NCBI GenBank assembly: GCA_051313645.2
Contig: JBNRSN020000010.1
Location: forward strand, 38,068,001-38,132,000
Source: Centroscyllium fabricii
Lineage: Eukaryota
Direction: 5' to 3'
DNA length: 64,000 nucleotides
The position numbers and the translations under genes are program-made. Shown here in pieces: positions 47,697 through 59,596 of the stretch. Within the stretch, counting starts at the first letter, position 1, and each line of letters opens with the position of its first letter. The notes below the pieces were generated by a model, which was not told the DNA's origin, did no database searches, and saw nothing but the letters and a program-made list of their open reading frames with translations.

Positions 47697-48042
47697 CATA
47701 GAAACATAGAAGATAGGAGCAGGTGTAGACAATTCAGCTCCTTGAGCCCGCTCCGCCACTTGATGAGATCATGGCTGATCATCCAAATTCAGTACCCTGT
47801 CCCTAGTTTCTCCCCATATCCCTTGATCCCTTTAGCCTCAAGAAATATATTCAACTCCTTCTTGAATATATTTAATGAATTGGCCTCAACTGCCCTGTGT
47901 GGTAGAGAATTCCACAGGTTCACCACTCTCTGGGTGAAGAAATTCCTCCTCATCTCTGTCCTAAATGGCTTGCCCCTTATCCTTAGATTGTGACCCCTGG
48001 TTCTGGACTCACCAGCCATCGGGAACATCCTTCCTGCATCTA

Positions 48043-48683
48043 CGATAGCAAAATACTGCGGATGCTGGAAATCCGAAATAACAACAGAAAACGCTGGAGA
48101 AACTCAGCAGGCCAGGCAGCATCGGTGGAGAGAGAAACAGTTAACATTTCAGGTCGATGACCTTTTGTCAGAACTGGAGAAAACAGAGAGGGGATAGATT
48201 TTAAAGCAAGTAGTGTCTGGAGAAAGGGGGAGGGGCTGAAAGAACAAAGTGTAGGTCAGCGACAGGATAGAAGGCAGGGGAGATTAAGAGAAATTCAAGG
48301 AACTCAGGATGGCTCTGGAGGTGTGAAAGGCTCTGGCAGAGAGAAGAAAAAAGCCCAGGTGAAAGTGTGGATAGAAAAAAAATGAGAAAATATAAATGTG
48401 ATAGGGGCTGGGGTTATGACCTGAAATTGTTGAACTCTATGTTTAGTCCAGAGGGCTGTAGAGTGCCTAAGTGAAAGATGAGGTGCTGTTCCTTGAGTTT
48501 ACGCTGAGCTTCCGTGGAACAATGCAACAGGCCACAGACAGTGAGGTCTGAATGGGAGTGGAGTGGAGAATTAAAGTGACAGGCCACCGGGAGCTCGGGA
48601 TCTCCCTTACGGACTGAACGGAGGTGTTTCGCAAAGCGGTCACCCAATTTGCGTTTGGTCTCCCCAGTGTAGAGGAGACCACA
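48043..48683 (-). mobile_element. Penelope-like element fragment (GIY-YIG C-terminus plus pLTR) with an 11-bp TSD
   Basis: TCCTGCATCTA at 48032-48042 and 48684-48694; encodes LYTGETKRKLGDRFAKHL..LQPSGLN. Confidence 0.9.
48138..48178 (-). ncRNA. Degenerate minimal hammerhead ribozyme of the Penelope pLTR
   Basis: Minus strand reads CTGACAA-A-AGGTC-ATC-GACCT-GAAA-TGTTAAC: a CUGANGA core with one G>A change, a stem II hairpin and GAAA. Confidence 0.6.
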
Positions 48684-51631
48684 TCCTGCATCTAGTCTGT
48701 CCAGTCCTGTTAGAATTTTATAAGTTTCAATGAGATCCCCTCTCATGCTTCTAAACTCCAGCGAGTATAAGCCAAATTGACCCAGTCTCTCCTCATACGT
48801 CATTCCTGCCATCCCAGGTATCAGTCTGGTGAATCTTCGCTGCACTCCCTCCATGGCAAGAACATCCTTCCTCAGATAAGGCGACCAAAACTGCACACAG
48901 TACTCAAGGTGTGGTCTCACCAAGGCCTTGTACAACTGCAGCAAGACATCCTTGTCCTGTACTGGAACCCTCTCGCTACGAAGGCCAACAAACCATTTGC
49001 CTCCTTAACCGCCTGCTGCACCTGCATGTTACCTTCAGCGACTGGTGCACAAGGACACCCAGGTCTCGTTGCACTTCCCCTTCTCCCAATCTATAGCCAT
49101 TCAGATAATAATCTGCCTTCCTGTTTTTGCCACCAAAGTGGATAACCTCGCATGTATCCACATTATACTGAATTTGCCATGCATCTGCCCAATTACCCAA
49201 CCTGTCCAAATCATACTGGAGTTTCTCTGCATCCTCCTCACAGCACACACGCCACCCAGCCTTGTGTCATCTGCAAACTTGAAGATATTACATCTAGTTC
49301 CCTTGTCTAGATCATTTATATATATTGTGAATAGCTGGGGTCCTAGCACCGATCCCTCCAGCACCCGACTAGTCGCTGCCTACCACTCGGAAAAAGACCC
49401 GTTTATTCCAACTCTTTGCTTCCTGTCTGCCAATGAGTTCTCTATCCAAGACAGTACCTTACCCCCAATCCCATGTGCCTTAACTTTACACGCTAATCTC
49501 TTATGCGGGACCTTATCGAAAGCCTTTTGAAAGTCCAAATACACCACATCCACTGGTTCTCCCTTATCTATTCTACCAGTTACATCCTCAGAAAATTCCA
49601 GTAGATTAGTCAAGCATGATTTACCTTTTGTAAATCCATGTTGACTTTGTCCAATCCTGTCACTGTTTTCCAAGTGCTCTGCTATTACATCTTTTATAAT
49701 GGACTCCAGCATTTTCCCTACTACTGATGTCAGGCTTACCAGTCTATAATTCCCCATTTTCTCTCTACCACCCTTTTTAAATAGTGGGGTTACATTCGCT
49801 ACCCTCCAATCCATGGGTTCCAGAGTCTATAGAATTTTGGAGGATGAGCAGCAATGCATCTACTGTTTCTAGGGCCACTTCCTAAAGTACCCTAGGATGT
49901 AGATTATCAGGCCCTGGGGATTTATCGGCCTTCAATCCTGTCAATTTCCCTAACACCATTTCCCTACAAATATTGATTTCATTCAATTCCTCCCTCTCAT
50001 TAGACCCTATGTTTCCCGATATCTTTGGGAGGTTATTTGTGTCCTCCTTTGTGAAGACAGAACCAAAGTATGTATTTAATTCGTCTGCCATTTCTTCGTT
50101 CCACGTTATAAATTCCCTGATTCTGACTGCAAGGGAACTATGCGTGACTTCAATCTTTTTCTCTTCACTTTTACAGTCAGTTTTATGTTCCTTGCAAGCT
50201 TACTCTCATAATCTATTTTTTCCCCCTCTTAATTAATCTCTTTGTCCTCCTTTGCTGAATACTAAACTGCTCCCAATCCTCAGGATTGCTGCTTTTTCTG
50301 ACCAAATTGTATACCCTCTCCTTGGATCTTATGCTATCCCTAATTTCCCTTGTTAGCCACGGTTGAGTCACCTTTTTTCTATGCCAAACAGGGATGAACA
50401 ATTTCTGTAGTTCATCCATACAATCTTTAAACGTTTGCCATTACCTATCCACCATCAACCCTTTAAGTAACGTTCCCCAATCCATCCTAGCCAACTCGCA
50501 CCTCGTACCATCGTAGTTTCCTTTATTTAAATTCAGGACCCTTGTCTGAGTCAACTACTTCACTCTCCATTTTAATGAAGAATTCTATCATATTATGATC
50601 GCTCCTCCCCAAGGGGCCTCGCACAACAAGATTGCTAATTAATCCTTTCTCATTACATAATACCCAGTCTAAGATGGCCTGATCTCTAGTTGGTTCCTTG
50701 ACATATTGGTCCAGGAAACCATCCCGTATACACTCTAGGAATTCCTCCTCCACAGTATTGTTACTAATTTGGTTAGCCCAATCTATATGTAGATTAAAGT
50801 CACCCATGATAACTGCTGTGCCCTTATTGCATGCTTCTCTAATTTCCCGATTAAAGCCACCCCCAACTTCAGCATTACTGTTTGGGGGTCTGCATACAAC
50901 TCCCACTAATGTTTTCTTCCCCACGGTATTTCTCAGCTCTGCCCATACAGATTCCACATCATCAGAGCTAATATCCTTCCTTACTATTGTGTTAATCTTC
51001 TCTTTAACCAGCAATGCTACCCCACCTCCTTTTCCTTTTTTCCTGTCCTTCCGGAATATTGAATACCCCTGGATTTTAAATTCCCAGTCTTAGTTAGAAA
51101 GAGAGAAATACTCACCAACCAATCACTTACCAGTTTCTGGTGACGTCACACTATGATTACTTTTTACTTCTCGCTGCTGCCGTCGGTGTGTCTGGGCCGC
51201 TCTCGCTCCCTGCTCTTTAACTCCTCGGTCTCCGCGCTTAGTCTCCACCCAGGACCGCTCTTGCTGCTGCTGCCGGTGTGTCTGGGCCGCTCTCGCTCCC
51301 TGCTCTTTAACTCCTCGGTCTCCGCGCTTAGTCTCCACCCAAGGCCGCTCTCGCTGCTGCCGTCGGTGTAGCTGAGAGAATGCCAATTAAGTGTTGAGTC
51401 ACTCCTATGAGACATTGATATCGAGTCACTCCTATGTAAATGTTGGTGCTGAGTCACTCCGAAGGAGACATTAAGGTGAATCATTCTAATGGTGATCTTA
51501 AGATAGGTTCAGATGAAGGGGTTAAGAGCAGAGCGTCAAAAGTTGGCTTCTACATAAAACTGGAGCCAAGTATCTTTCCCATAGATTAAGAGGTTACTTA
51601 AGGATTTACTTCTTATCTTGTTTTTCTGCAG

Positions 51632-51902
51632 CTCCCATCAAAAATCTTTTCAGTGTTGAATTCTGCCCCAGGCAAAACCCCAGTGAAAGCCCCACCTAGG
51701 ACGGAGTCCAGTACTGTTCCAGATAAGCCAGTATCTGTCAGAGTGATGTACACACAGAGAAAACGGAACCCGGCTCTGGAAATACGTAAAGTGTTAATCG
51801 GGTCAGCAAAGGGACAGTCATCCTCAGCACTTCCAAGCCCAGCTGTGTCACCAAGTCCATCCATGAGAAAATCCCAATCTGTCATTGACCTGATTCATGA
51901 AG
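51632..51902 (+). CDS. MAPKBP1: MAPKBP1 exon: LPSKIFSVLNSAPGK..MRKSQSVIDLIHE
   Basis: ctgcag/gtaaag boundaries; phase 0 to 1; MRKSQSVIDL resembles the recalled LQKAQSVHSL. Confidence 0.88.
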
Positions 51903-52931
51903 GTAAAGAGAAAGAAGATAGTCAGATATATTTATACCAGAGAAAAGTTGATTAAAGAAAAAGAAAGAACTTACATTTATATAGCGCCTTTTATGACCTC
52001 CGGATGTCCAAGTGCTTTGATATGTTCTTGATTGGAACCCTCAAGAGTGAGAATTACTACAAAGAAACCTCTCCTGTATAAGTGTGCCTCTGACACTAGC
52101 TGTCAAGAAGAGTGCTGCAAATAATACGTGAAAAGGACAAAAGACATTTTCATTCACTGTTCTCAGTACAGTAGCTGATGAGAAGGGATCTAACCTTAGA
52201 AGTCTAGTAGCATAGAACTGAAAGTATAGTTCTGTGTTGTAATGGGATGAGCATGGTTTGGAGTCTTGGTGTTGGCTGATTCTTGAACCTGGCTGATATT
52301 TGAGTTTAGTCAGCTTTCAGGTGGGCTGTTGTCTGGGTGTTTTGCAGAAGTAGACCATCTTGTTTTGGCACCTCACAGCCAATGAGCCTCCTTTCAGAGC
52401 ACGCGTGAGGAGTTGTGGGAAAGCCTATAACTCATTAACCTGAAAGTGAGTGGAATGTTGATGGAGAAAAAAGAACAATTGAGAGACAACAGATTTTGAT
52501 GCAACGAAACTGAAAAAAACCCTACAAAGTACCCCTCAGTATGAAGATTCTTCAACTAATAGAGAAACCTGAATAATGAGGGTCCCTTACTAATGAGGAT
52601 CTCTCGGTATTGAGGGTCCCATAACAATGAGGATTTCTCGGAATTGAAGATCCTATATTGATGAAGATCTCTTGGTATTGAGGCTTCTATCCTCATGGAG
52701 AAACATGAATGATGCGGGTCCTGTATTGATAAGGATCCCTCAGTATTGAGGCTCCTCTGAGTAATAATAATTAGATAGCGGTTCCTCCATGACATGGCGT
52801 GAGCTATGATGAGGCCCCTGCACTGATGAGAATAATCCAGAAATGAGAGTGATTTAGTGTTGGTTCCTTTTTAAACCTGTTAGTTATTCCTGTTTTAGAT
52901 TATTTATTTTCATTGTGTTTATTCCAATTAG

Positions 52932-53918
52932 TTTACCCAATGGATACAACATCTACTGTAATCACATCTGCAAAGTTGCACTCTCATTCATTGACTGTAA
53001 CTGAGAAAGACACCAGGGCCAACCAGCGGCGGACTTTACCCTTAGCCCCCAGTAAAACAGATGCCCCATCAGCACCACTGGTAAAGGACAGCACTCTGGG
53101 AAAGAGCATGAAACAGAAATCCTACATGAACCCAACTACCAGCTCCATGGCCAAAATGTCTCGCAGTGTTTCAATGGGAGACTGCTTGAACTTCACTGAG
53201 AATGAAGAGGATTTGTCAATAGCAGAAAACAGTGTTGGTGGGCAATCTTTGGAAATGTCGCCGAGGACGTCACCTTTAGTTATTGTGGACATTGTGAACG
53301 AAATCTCTCACAAACAGGAGATGATGAAACAGAACTGGAGGGAGACCACAAGCTCCAAGTCATTATTACAACAGCCTGGAGGCTCAGCAATGTCACCTAC
53401 TAATAGCTCTCAGGCTAAATTAACTCTTGGCACTCGAGCTAACTTATTCCTCGATCTACCTAAGCCACTGCCTGACAGACCTTCTTTGACTTCTTTCTCG
53501 CCACCAATCAAGTTGAAGTCTTCCTTTGCAACAGAGTCCTTCAAGCTGCCTGTATTAGCAGGAGGAGGAACAAAATGGAGATCTTCCCTGAGCGATGGGC
53601 ATGTCACTCACAGGGACAGCCAAGAGAAAAAGAGTGAGAGTGCTTCCACACCCAGAGAGGAGACAGCTACTCCGTTGGAACTCCAGCCCCCGGTTCAGTG
53701 TCACCATGAGTCGCAAGTAGGAACATCTCTTAAATCTCCTTGTCAGCCAGTGTCTTTCGTGGGGCCATCTGCTAACTCTGAGTCCAGATGTACCAGGCTT
53801 ATTAAAGAAGCCTCGGACTCTTTACCCATCATTCCAGCAGCAAGTGGCCAAGCAGTAACCATATCAACACCAACAACACCTCCTTCTGTGCCCGAGACGA
53901 CTTTTGAAAAGGAACCAG
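52932..53918 (+). CDS. MAPKBP1: MAPKBP1 large Ser/Pro-rich exon (987 bp)
   Basis: ttag/gtatga boundaries; phase 1-1; SYMNPTTSSMAKMSRSVSMG and LDLPKPLPDRPSL match recalled MAPKBP1 motifs. Confidence 0.93.
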
Positions 53919-54212
53919 GTATGAATGGAGTGCTAGCTGCTCCCTCTTTTCTCCACTCTTCCTCTCCTCAGCCTTACTATAGCTTTTATTTCTAGCCTCA
54001 TGGCTTGATTGATGCACTTGACCATTGCAGACCAAGCTTCAGAATTCTGCCCATTGAAGTGCAGTGCTCATAGTTCTGCTGCACTCCTTCTGTTTCCTTT
54101 ACTCTCTTTTCTTGTAAATGAGGCTTTCTCTGCTCAAATTGTGCAAATTATTGAAACAAATCCCTTTACCTGGTGGTGCTGGAGAGGAAGGGGATTAGTA
54201 ACATTGATGTTA

Positions 54213-54810
54213 AGGCCCTGTCACACCTAGACGTTTTAGCCAGCGTATGCAAATTTGGCTAAAACGCTGGGTTACGTCGGATACGTTATGGGTACGTTAT
54301 GCATACGTTACGAGAACACTGGCATACGCTGGGCATACGTTGCATACATCGTTGTACTTCGAGTAAGTCGAGAATTTTTGAGCATGCACAAAAAATCTCG
54401 ACGTATCTAGCGTATGATTCACACGTTCCGCATACGCTGGCCATACGTTGTAGGCACGTTAGGCGATCGTTGAACACACCTTACCTGTGCCCCTGTCATG
54501 CCCTGTCACACCTTGATGATTTCGTATGCCAACGTATCAACATTTATCTAAAACGTCGGCGATACGCTGCCGCGCGCTATGCATACGTTAGAGTATCGTT
54601 GGGCATAAGTTGAGAACGCCGACAACACGCTAAGCATTCGTTGGTATAAGTTATCTGTAAGTTATCGATACGTTCTGTGTACGTTACTAATACGTTATGC
54701 ATACGTTATGAATACGCTATTATACGCCCAAAACTGAAAAAAAGTCAAAAGTTCAGCGTTTTAGCCAAATTTGCATACGCTGGCTAAAACGTCTAGGTGT
54801 GACAGGGCCT
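54213..54810. mobile_element. PIF/Harbinger-type MITE (598 bp) with perfect 57-bp TIRs
   Basis: AGGCCCTGTCACACCTAGACG...AAAACGCTG at 54213-54269 is the exact reverse complement of 54754-54810; TTA TSD. Confidence 0.95.
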
Positions 54811-54941
54811 TTAGCTGCTGCTGGACTAGAATAGACACACTGGGATGAAGAGCTGAAAGGGGTCAAGTCTATGGAGAGCTTGAGTTGTCCACATAAATTG
54901 GTTGTAACAGTAATGAGCTTTCCATTTTCTTTTCTTGGCAG

Positions 54942-55027
54942 GTCCTGCGGTCAGTGTTCAGAGCTGTAAACTGCTGGCGAGGGAGCTGCAGAGCTGCTTA
55001 GAGAGAGCCCTGAGCCTATACCGAATG
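54942..55027 (+). CDS. MAPKBP1: MAPKBP1 penultimate coding exon: PAVSVQSCKLLARELQSCLERALSLYRM
   Basis: ggcag/gtgagt boundaries; phase 1 to 0; resembles the recalled PAVSLEQCEQLVAEL..LY. Confidence 0.92.
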
Positions 55028-55079
55028 GTGAGTGCTGCTGGCATTGCCAGATGTGTCCAAAGTAGATCCAAAGTAAATG

Positions 55080-55455
55080 GACGACACGGTGGTGCAGTGG
55101 TTAGCACTGCTGCCTCGCAATAAGGAGCTCCTGGGTTCGAATCTTGCTTGGCCCGGGACCCCTCTGCGTGGAGTTTGCATGTTCTCCCCGTGTTCATGTG
55201 GGTTTCCTCCAGGTACTCCGGTTTCCTCCCACCACCCAAAGACATGCAGGTTAGGTGAATTGGAGTTACTCAAAAAAAAACAATTGCCCATGAGTATGTG
55301 TGTGAGATATAGTTCTTAGAGCTGGAGGTGTCGGGGGATGTGGGGAGAGGGTAGGAGGGGGTGCTGGGTTTGGATGATCAGCCATGATCTCATCAAAATT
55401 GGCAGAGCAGGCTAGAAGGGCCGAATGGCCTACTCGTGCTCCTATCTTCTGTGTT
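55080..55455 (+). mobile_element. HE1-like V-SINE (tRNA head, V domain, CR1-type tail)
   Basis: GGTGCAGTGGTTAGCAC..GGTTCGAATC; GTGGAGTTTGCATGTTCTCCCCGTG..CTCCGGTTTCCTCCCAC; tail GGCCGAATGGCCTACTC. Confidence 0.9.
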
Positions 55456-55527
55456 TGTGTTTAAATCCAGAGATCGTGGCACAAAAAGGTTCTGCTGCTA
55501 TGAGATGGTCGGAGCGCTATTCACCCT

Positions 55528-56925
55528 TCAGGAGAATGGTACAGTCCAGGAGTGGTGGTCCGTCCTCAGGGAATGGTACAGTCCAGGAGTGGTGGTCATT
55601 CCTCAGGGAATGGTACAGTCCAGGAGTGGCGCTTTTTGCCCAGGGAATGGTACAGTCCAGGAGTGGTACTCATTGCTCAGGGAATGGTACAGTCCAGGAG
55701 TGGTACTCATTGCTCAGGGAATGGTACAGTTCAGGAGTGGTACTCATTGCTCAGGGAATGGTACAGTCCAGGAGTGGTGCTTATTGCCCAGGGAATGGTA
55801 CAGTCCAGGAGTGGTGCTTATTCCTTAGGGAATGGTACAGTCCAGGAGTGGTGCTTATTGCTCAGGGAATGGTACAGTCCAGGAGTGGTGCTTATTCCTC
55901 ATGGAATGGTAGAGTCCAGGAGTGGTGGTCCGTCCTCAGGGAATGGTACAGTCCAGGAGTGGCGCTTTTTGCCCAGGGATTGGTACAGTCCAGGAGTGGT
56001 ACTCATTGCTCAGGGAATGGTACAGTCCAGGAGTGGTACTCATTCCTCAGGGAATGGTACAATCCAGGAGTGGTGGTCATTCCTCAGGGAATGGTACAGT
56101 CCAGGAGTGGTACTCATTCCTCAGGGAATGGTACAATCCAGGAGTGGTGCTTATTCCTCAGGGAATGGTACAATCCAGGAGTGGTGCTTATTGCCCAGGG
56201 AATGGTACAATCCAGGAGTGGTGCTTATTGCCCAGGGAATGGTACAATCCAGGAGTGGTGGTCATTCCTCAGGGAATGGTACAGTCCAGGAGTGGTACTC
56301 ATTCCTCAGGGAATGGTACAATCCAGGAGTGGTGGTCATTCCTCAGGGAATGGTACAGTCCAGGAGTGGTACTCATTCCTCAGGGAATGGTACAATCCAG
56401 GAGTGGTGGTCCGTCCTCAGAGAATGGTACAGTCCAGGAGTGGTGGTCCGTCCTCAGGGAATGGTACAGTCCAGGAGTGGTAGTCCGTCCTCAGGGAATG
56501 GTACAGTCCAGGAGTGGTGGTCATTCCTCAGGGAATGGTACAGTCCAGGAGTGGTGCTTATTCCTCAGGGAATGGTACAGTCCAGGAGTGGTGGTCCGTC
56601 CTCAGAGAATGGTACAGTCCAGGAGTGGTGGTCCGTCCTCAGGGAATGGTACAGTCCAGGAGTGGTGGTCCGTCCTCAGGGAATGGTACAGTCCAGGAGT
56701 GGTGCTTATTCCCCAGGGAATGGTACAGTCCAGGAGTGGTGCTTATTCCTCGGAATGGTACAGTCCAGGAGTGGTACTCATTGCTCAGGGAATGGTACAG
56801 TCCAGGATTGGTGCTTATTGCTCAAGGAATGGTACAGTCCAGGAGTGGTACTCATTGCTCAGGGAATGGTACAGTCCAGGAGTGGTACTCATTGCTCAGG
56901 GAATGGTACAGTCCAGGAGTGGTTG
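55528..56925. repeat. 37-bp minisatellite CAGGGAATGGTACAGTCCAGGAGTGGT plus 10 variable nt, about 38 copies
   Basis: Direct tandem periodicity, e.g. CAGGG at 55567 and 55604. Confidence 0.96.
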
Positions 56926-56966
56926 GTCCCTTGTAACTAATACTTCCTATTCATCTCTGTTTACAG

Positions 56967-57278
56967 GTAGCCAATAACAAAGACCCCTCAGATGAGAGCC
57001 ACCAGATAACGGCCGTTCTCTCAGAAACATTTTCCTCTGTGAGGAAAGAATTGGACTGTCTCCAGCACCCAGGAGCAGGCCCCGGGCTATCTCCCCAAGG
57101 GCTGGGCCGGGCAACCTCTGCATCATACCCGGGCGGTAATCACCCAGCGAAGGGCAGGGGCTTTGAAGACGAGAAGACCCTGGCCCTGCTTGAACAGTAT
57201 TCAGAACTTTTACTCCAAGCTGTGGAGCGAAGGATGGACCACAAGCAGCCAGGAGGAAGGGAACTTTCAGGACTGTGA
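56967..57278 (+). CDS. MAPKBP1: MAPKBP1 last coding exon (C-terminal helical domain, TGA stop)
   Basis: ttacag acceptor, phase 0; ETFSSVRKEL and ALLEQYSELLLQAVERRM match the recalled MAPKBP1 C-terminus ALLEQYSELLLRAVERRM. Confidence 0.95.
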   Translation, partial: VANNKDPSDESHQITAVLSETFSSVRKELDCLQHPGAGPGLSPQGLGRATSASYPGGNHPAKGRGFEDEKTLALLEQYSELLLQAVERRMDHKQPGGRELSGL

Positions 57279-58537
57279 ATTGTACAGCGCACAACACAAT
57301 CGTAGGCTTGTGCCCGCCCCCCACCAATAGAGTACCATAAAAAAACATTGTTCTCGCTGGAGGGTAAAAAATAGAACAACACTATCTGTGTGTTGTTCTC
57401 AACCCACCTCCCGTTTAACAGCACCTGGCCTGGTTAAACTCCATTGTGCTAATTGACAATGTGACACCTTTATTGCCATCCCTCCCTACTTTTATTTACT
57501 GTTTTATTTCTCCGCATCCAGTCCCTGCAATATAGGCTGTAGGGCAGAGTTGATGACGTCACAATGGTGCCATCTTACTGCAGTGCCACCCGACAGTGTC
57601 TCGCTTCTCCTGAAGCGGTCGGTGAAAACCTTTCAGTTCGAGCCTGGAGAACATGTGTCACGGCTACGGGCAGACCGAAGCGGTGCGATTCTGATGGAGG
57701 GTCATGACTCGGCTCTCCAAGCTTTGTTATAAGATCCCCAGGAAGAGCCACTGCTGTTGCCTCTCTTTCCATGTTAGTCTTTCTCCTTCTGGCTCTCCGC
57801 TGCNNNNNNNNNNNNNNNNNNNNNNNNNNNNNNNNNNNNNNNNNNNNNNNNNNNNNNNNNNNNNNNNNNNNNNNNNNNNNNNNNNNNNNNNNNNNNNNNN
57901 NNNNNNNNNNNNNNNNNNNNNNNNNNNNNNNNNNNNNNNNNCAATCCTCTTGTTGGCTCTCTGTGTCTCGTTCTCTCGCTCCCACTATTTTTATTTTCTC
58001 TCATTGTCTTTTCCTCTCTCTAACCGGATATTGCTCAGGCTCTTCCAGGCAGGCACTAAATCACTCTGGTACTGTGGGCAGAGCAGGTACTGTGCTCTTG
58101 TTGGTGAAATTAAAACCCTGGACTGGATCAGTACAGATCCTGAAATTGTTGGAGCCAAGTCTTCGGTGACAGAAACCTTAATGATCAAATGTTGCTGCCA
58201 TCACTATGCTGCCATACCCTTTAAGGAAGGGGACGGGGGCCTACAAACCAGCGTGTGCTGTAGATATTCCTCAATGTATGATATAATATGCATTCTCTGT
58301 TGATTGGACCACAATTCCTTTTCTGCATTCCTCCACTCCCCTATAATTGGGGAAAAAAGAGGATATAACATTTGGGAATAATGTCTTATTTACTGAAAAA
58401 AAAGTTTACTTTCAGGAACGTCTTATTCAGAGTTAGAATGAGGACGATTCAGGTGCGTAATCGCAAAGGGTTTCCTCACCACTGCACAATGTGCTGCAAT
58501 ATCCACTGTTGCTGCCTGCTTTGTATCAGCTCAATTC

Positions 58538-59596
58538 TCAGTCACTCCCCTCCGAACTTCACCCCTCAGTCAGATTGCCCCCGAACTTCACCCCTCAGTC
58601 AGATTCCACCCGACCCTCACCCCTCAGTCAGTTTCCCCCGAACCTCACCCCTCAGTCATTTCCCCCGAACCTCACCCCTCAGTCAGATTGCCCCCGAACT
58701 TCTCCCCTCAGTCACTCCTCTGAACTTCACCCCTCAGTCAGATTGCCCCGAACTTCACCCCTCAGTCAGATTCCCCCCGAAATTCACCCCTCAGTCAGAT
58801 TCCCCCCGAAATTCACCCCTCAGTCACTCCCCCGAACTTCACCACCCAGATTCCCCCCGAACCTCACCCCTCAGTCAGTTTCCCCCGAACCTCACCCCTC
58901 AGTCACTTCCCCCGAGCTTCACCCCTCAGTCACTTCCCCCGAACTTCATCCCTCAGTCAGATTCCCTCCGAACTTCACCCCTCAGTCAGATTCCCTCCGA
59001 ACTTCATCCCTCAGCCATTTCCCCCGAACTTCACACCTGAACTTCACCCCTCAGTCACTCTCCCCTGAACTCCACCCCTTAGTCACTCTCCCCTGAACTC
59101 CACCCCTTAGTCACTCCTCCCGAACTTCACCCCTCAGTCGCTCTCCCCCGAACTCCACCCCTTAGTCACTCTCCCCCGAACTTCACCCCTCAGTCACTCC
59201 CGGCGAACCCCACCCCTCAGTCACTCCCCCCGAACTTCACTCCTCAGATTCCCACGAACTTCACTCCTCAGTCACTCCCCACGAACCTTACCCCTCAGTC
59301 TTTCCCCCCCGAACTTCACCCCTCAGTCAATCCCCCCGAACGTCATCCCTAGTCAGATTCCCCCGAACTTCACCCCTCAGTCAATCCCCCCGAACTTCAT
59401 CCCCAGTCAGATTCCCCCCGAACTTCACCCCTCGGTCACTCCCCCCGAACTTCACCCCTCAGTCAATCCCCCCGAACTTCATCCCCAGTCAGATTCCCCC
59501 CGAACTTCACCCCTCAGTCACTCCCCCCGAACTTCACCCCTCAGTCACTTCCCCCCCAAACTTCTCTCCTCACTCCCCCCGCCCACGAACTTCATC
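58538..59596. repeat. C-rich ~28-31-bp minisatellite (CCCCGAACTTCACCCCTCAGTCA(GATT/CT))
   Basis: More than 30 tandem variant copies. Confidence 0.94.

Larger units (their letters stand above)
47697..51369 (-). mobile_element. CR1 LINE with a retained 5' UTR-like segment, ORF1 deleted, degenerate ORF2, interrupted by a Penelope fragment
   Basis: Minus-strand APE (IMGDFN, SDHN), RT (YLDFQKAFDKVPH, FADD), and (TTCTATG)n tail at 47697; GC-rich 5' segment at 51095-51369 with a 93-bp tandem duplication. Confidence 0.9.

Noticed and set aside
55080-55145. tRNA gene
   Set aside because: The A/B boxes are the head of a V-SINE, followed by the V domain and CR1 tail; there is no complete cloverleaf.
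55528-56925. CRISPR-like look of constant repeat plus variable segment (also 42640-43600)
   Set aside because: The variable parts are about 10 nt, recurrent and related to one another rather than unique spacers; there are no cas genes and the context is a vertebrate intron.
55425-56977. 350-460 aa repetitive ORFs
   Set aside because: They are products of the 37-bp array, open in all three frames.
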